From Octopus sinensis (lineage: Eukaryota), in assembly GCF_006345805.1 (NCBI RefSeq), contig NC_042997.1, forward strand, positions 145,948,001-146,012,000: DNA of 64,000 nucleotides, in the 5' to 3' direction. Below are positions 63,754-64,000 of this stretch, in pieces (the stretch's first letter is position 1; each line of letters opens with the position of its first letter). Below the pieces are notes generated by a model. It did not search any database, was not told the origin of the DNA, and saw only the letters and a program-made list of their open reading frames with translations. A program made the translations under genes and the position numbers.

Positions 63754-63788
<35 letters not shown>

Positions 63789-63801
63789 GTGTGTGTGTAT
63801 A

Positions 63802-64000
63802 CAGGGTGCGGTGAATAAACTCGTCTAAATTACGGAAAAATGAAAATATCACTGACTCCTTTTTTTAAAAGATATATTTACCAAGCTTATAGAAGAAATA
63901 TCTTGCAATACTAAAGAGTAAATTCATTCAATAAGATTGCAAATGGCTTCAACCACCGCCTCCAGACCACTTCGGAATCTTCTGCAACTCTTTTGCGCAG
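63802..64000 (-). mobile_element. 3' end of a Tc1/mariner element (maT/DD37D-like), continuing beyond the window
   Basis: TA|CAGGGTG terminal repeat. The minus strand reads KSCRRFRSGLEAVVEAICNLIE* (cf. ACxRFRSRLEAVxEAxGxxIE*). Confidence 0.75.

Overview
AT-rich eukaryotic DNA, very probably from an Octopus-like cephalopod. This is inferred from the extreme microsatellite load and the SINE families, not from a database match. I can support no host protein-coding exon, tRNA, rRNA or CRISPR array, so the window reads as intronic or intergenic. It is a mosaic of mobile DNA: about 30 tRNA-derived SINE copies in three families; decayed non-LTR retrotransposons (four R4/Dong-type pieces next to TAA microsatellites, one A-rich REL element of a different lineage, one HERO-like piece, a CR1 3' end and a possible L1/Tx1 piece); several Penelope-like element (PLE) remnants; DNA transposon fossils (a full-length Hsmar1-like mariner, a mariner MITE, rosa-like, maT-like, Tigger-like and Charlie-hAT fragments); and a complete non-autonomous Helitron. 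The most striking signal is at least 12 sequence-diverse type I hammerhead ribozyme (HHR) motifs on both strands. Most have a self-complementary helix III, and several sit inside long inverted repeats, including a perfect 69-bp foldback with a sense/antisense HHR pair. All alignments and folds were done by eye, element boundaries are approximate, and ribozyme activity is not shown.
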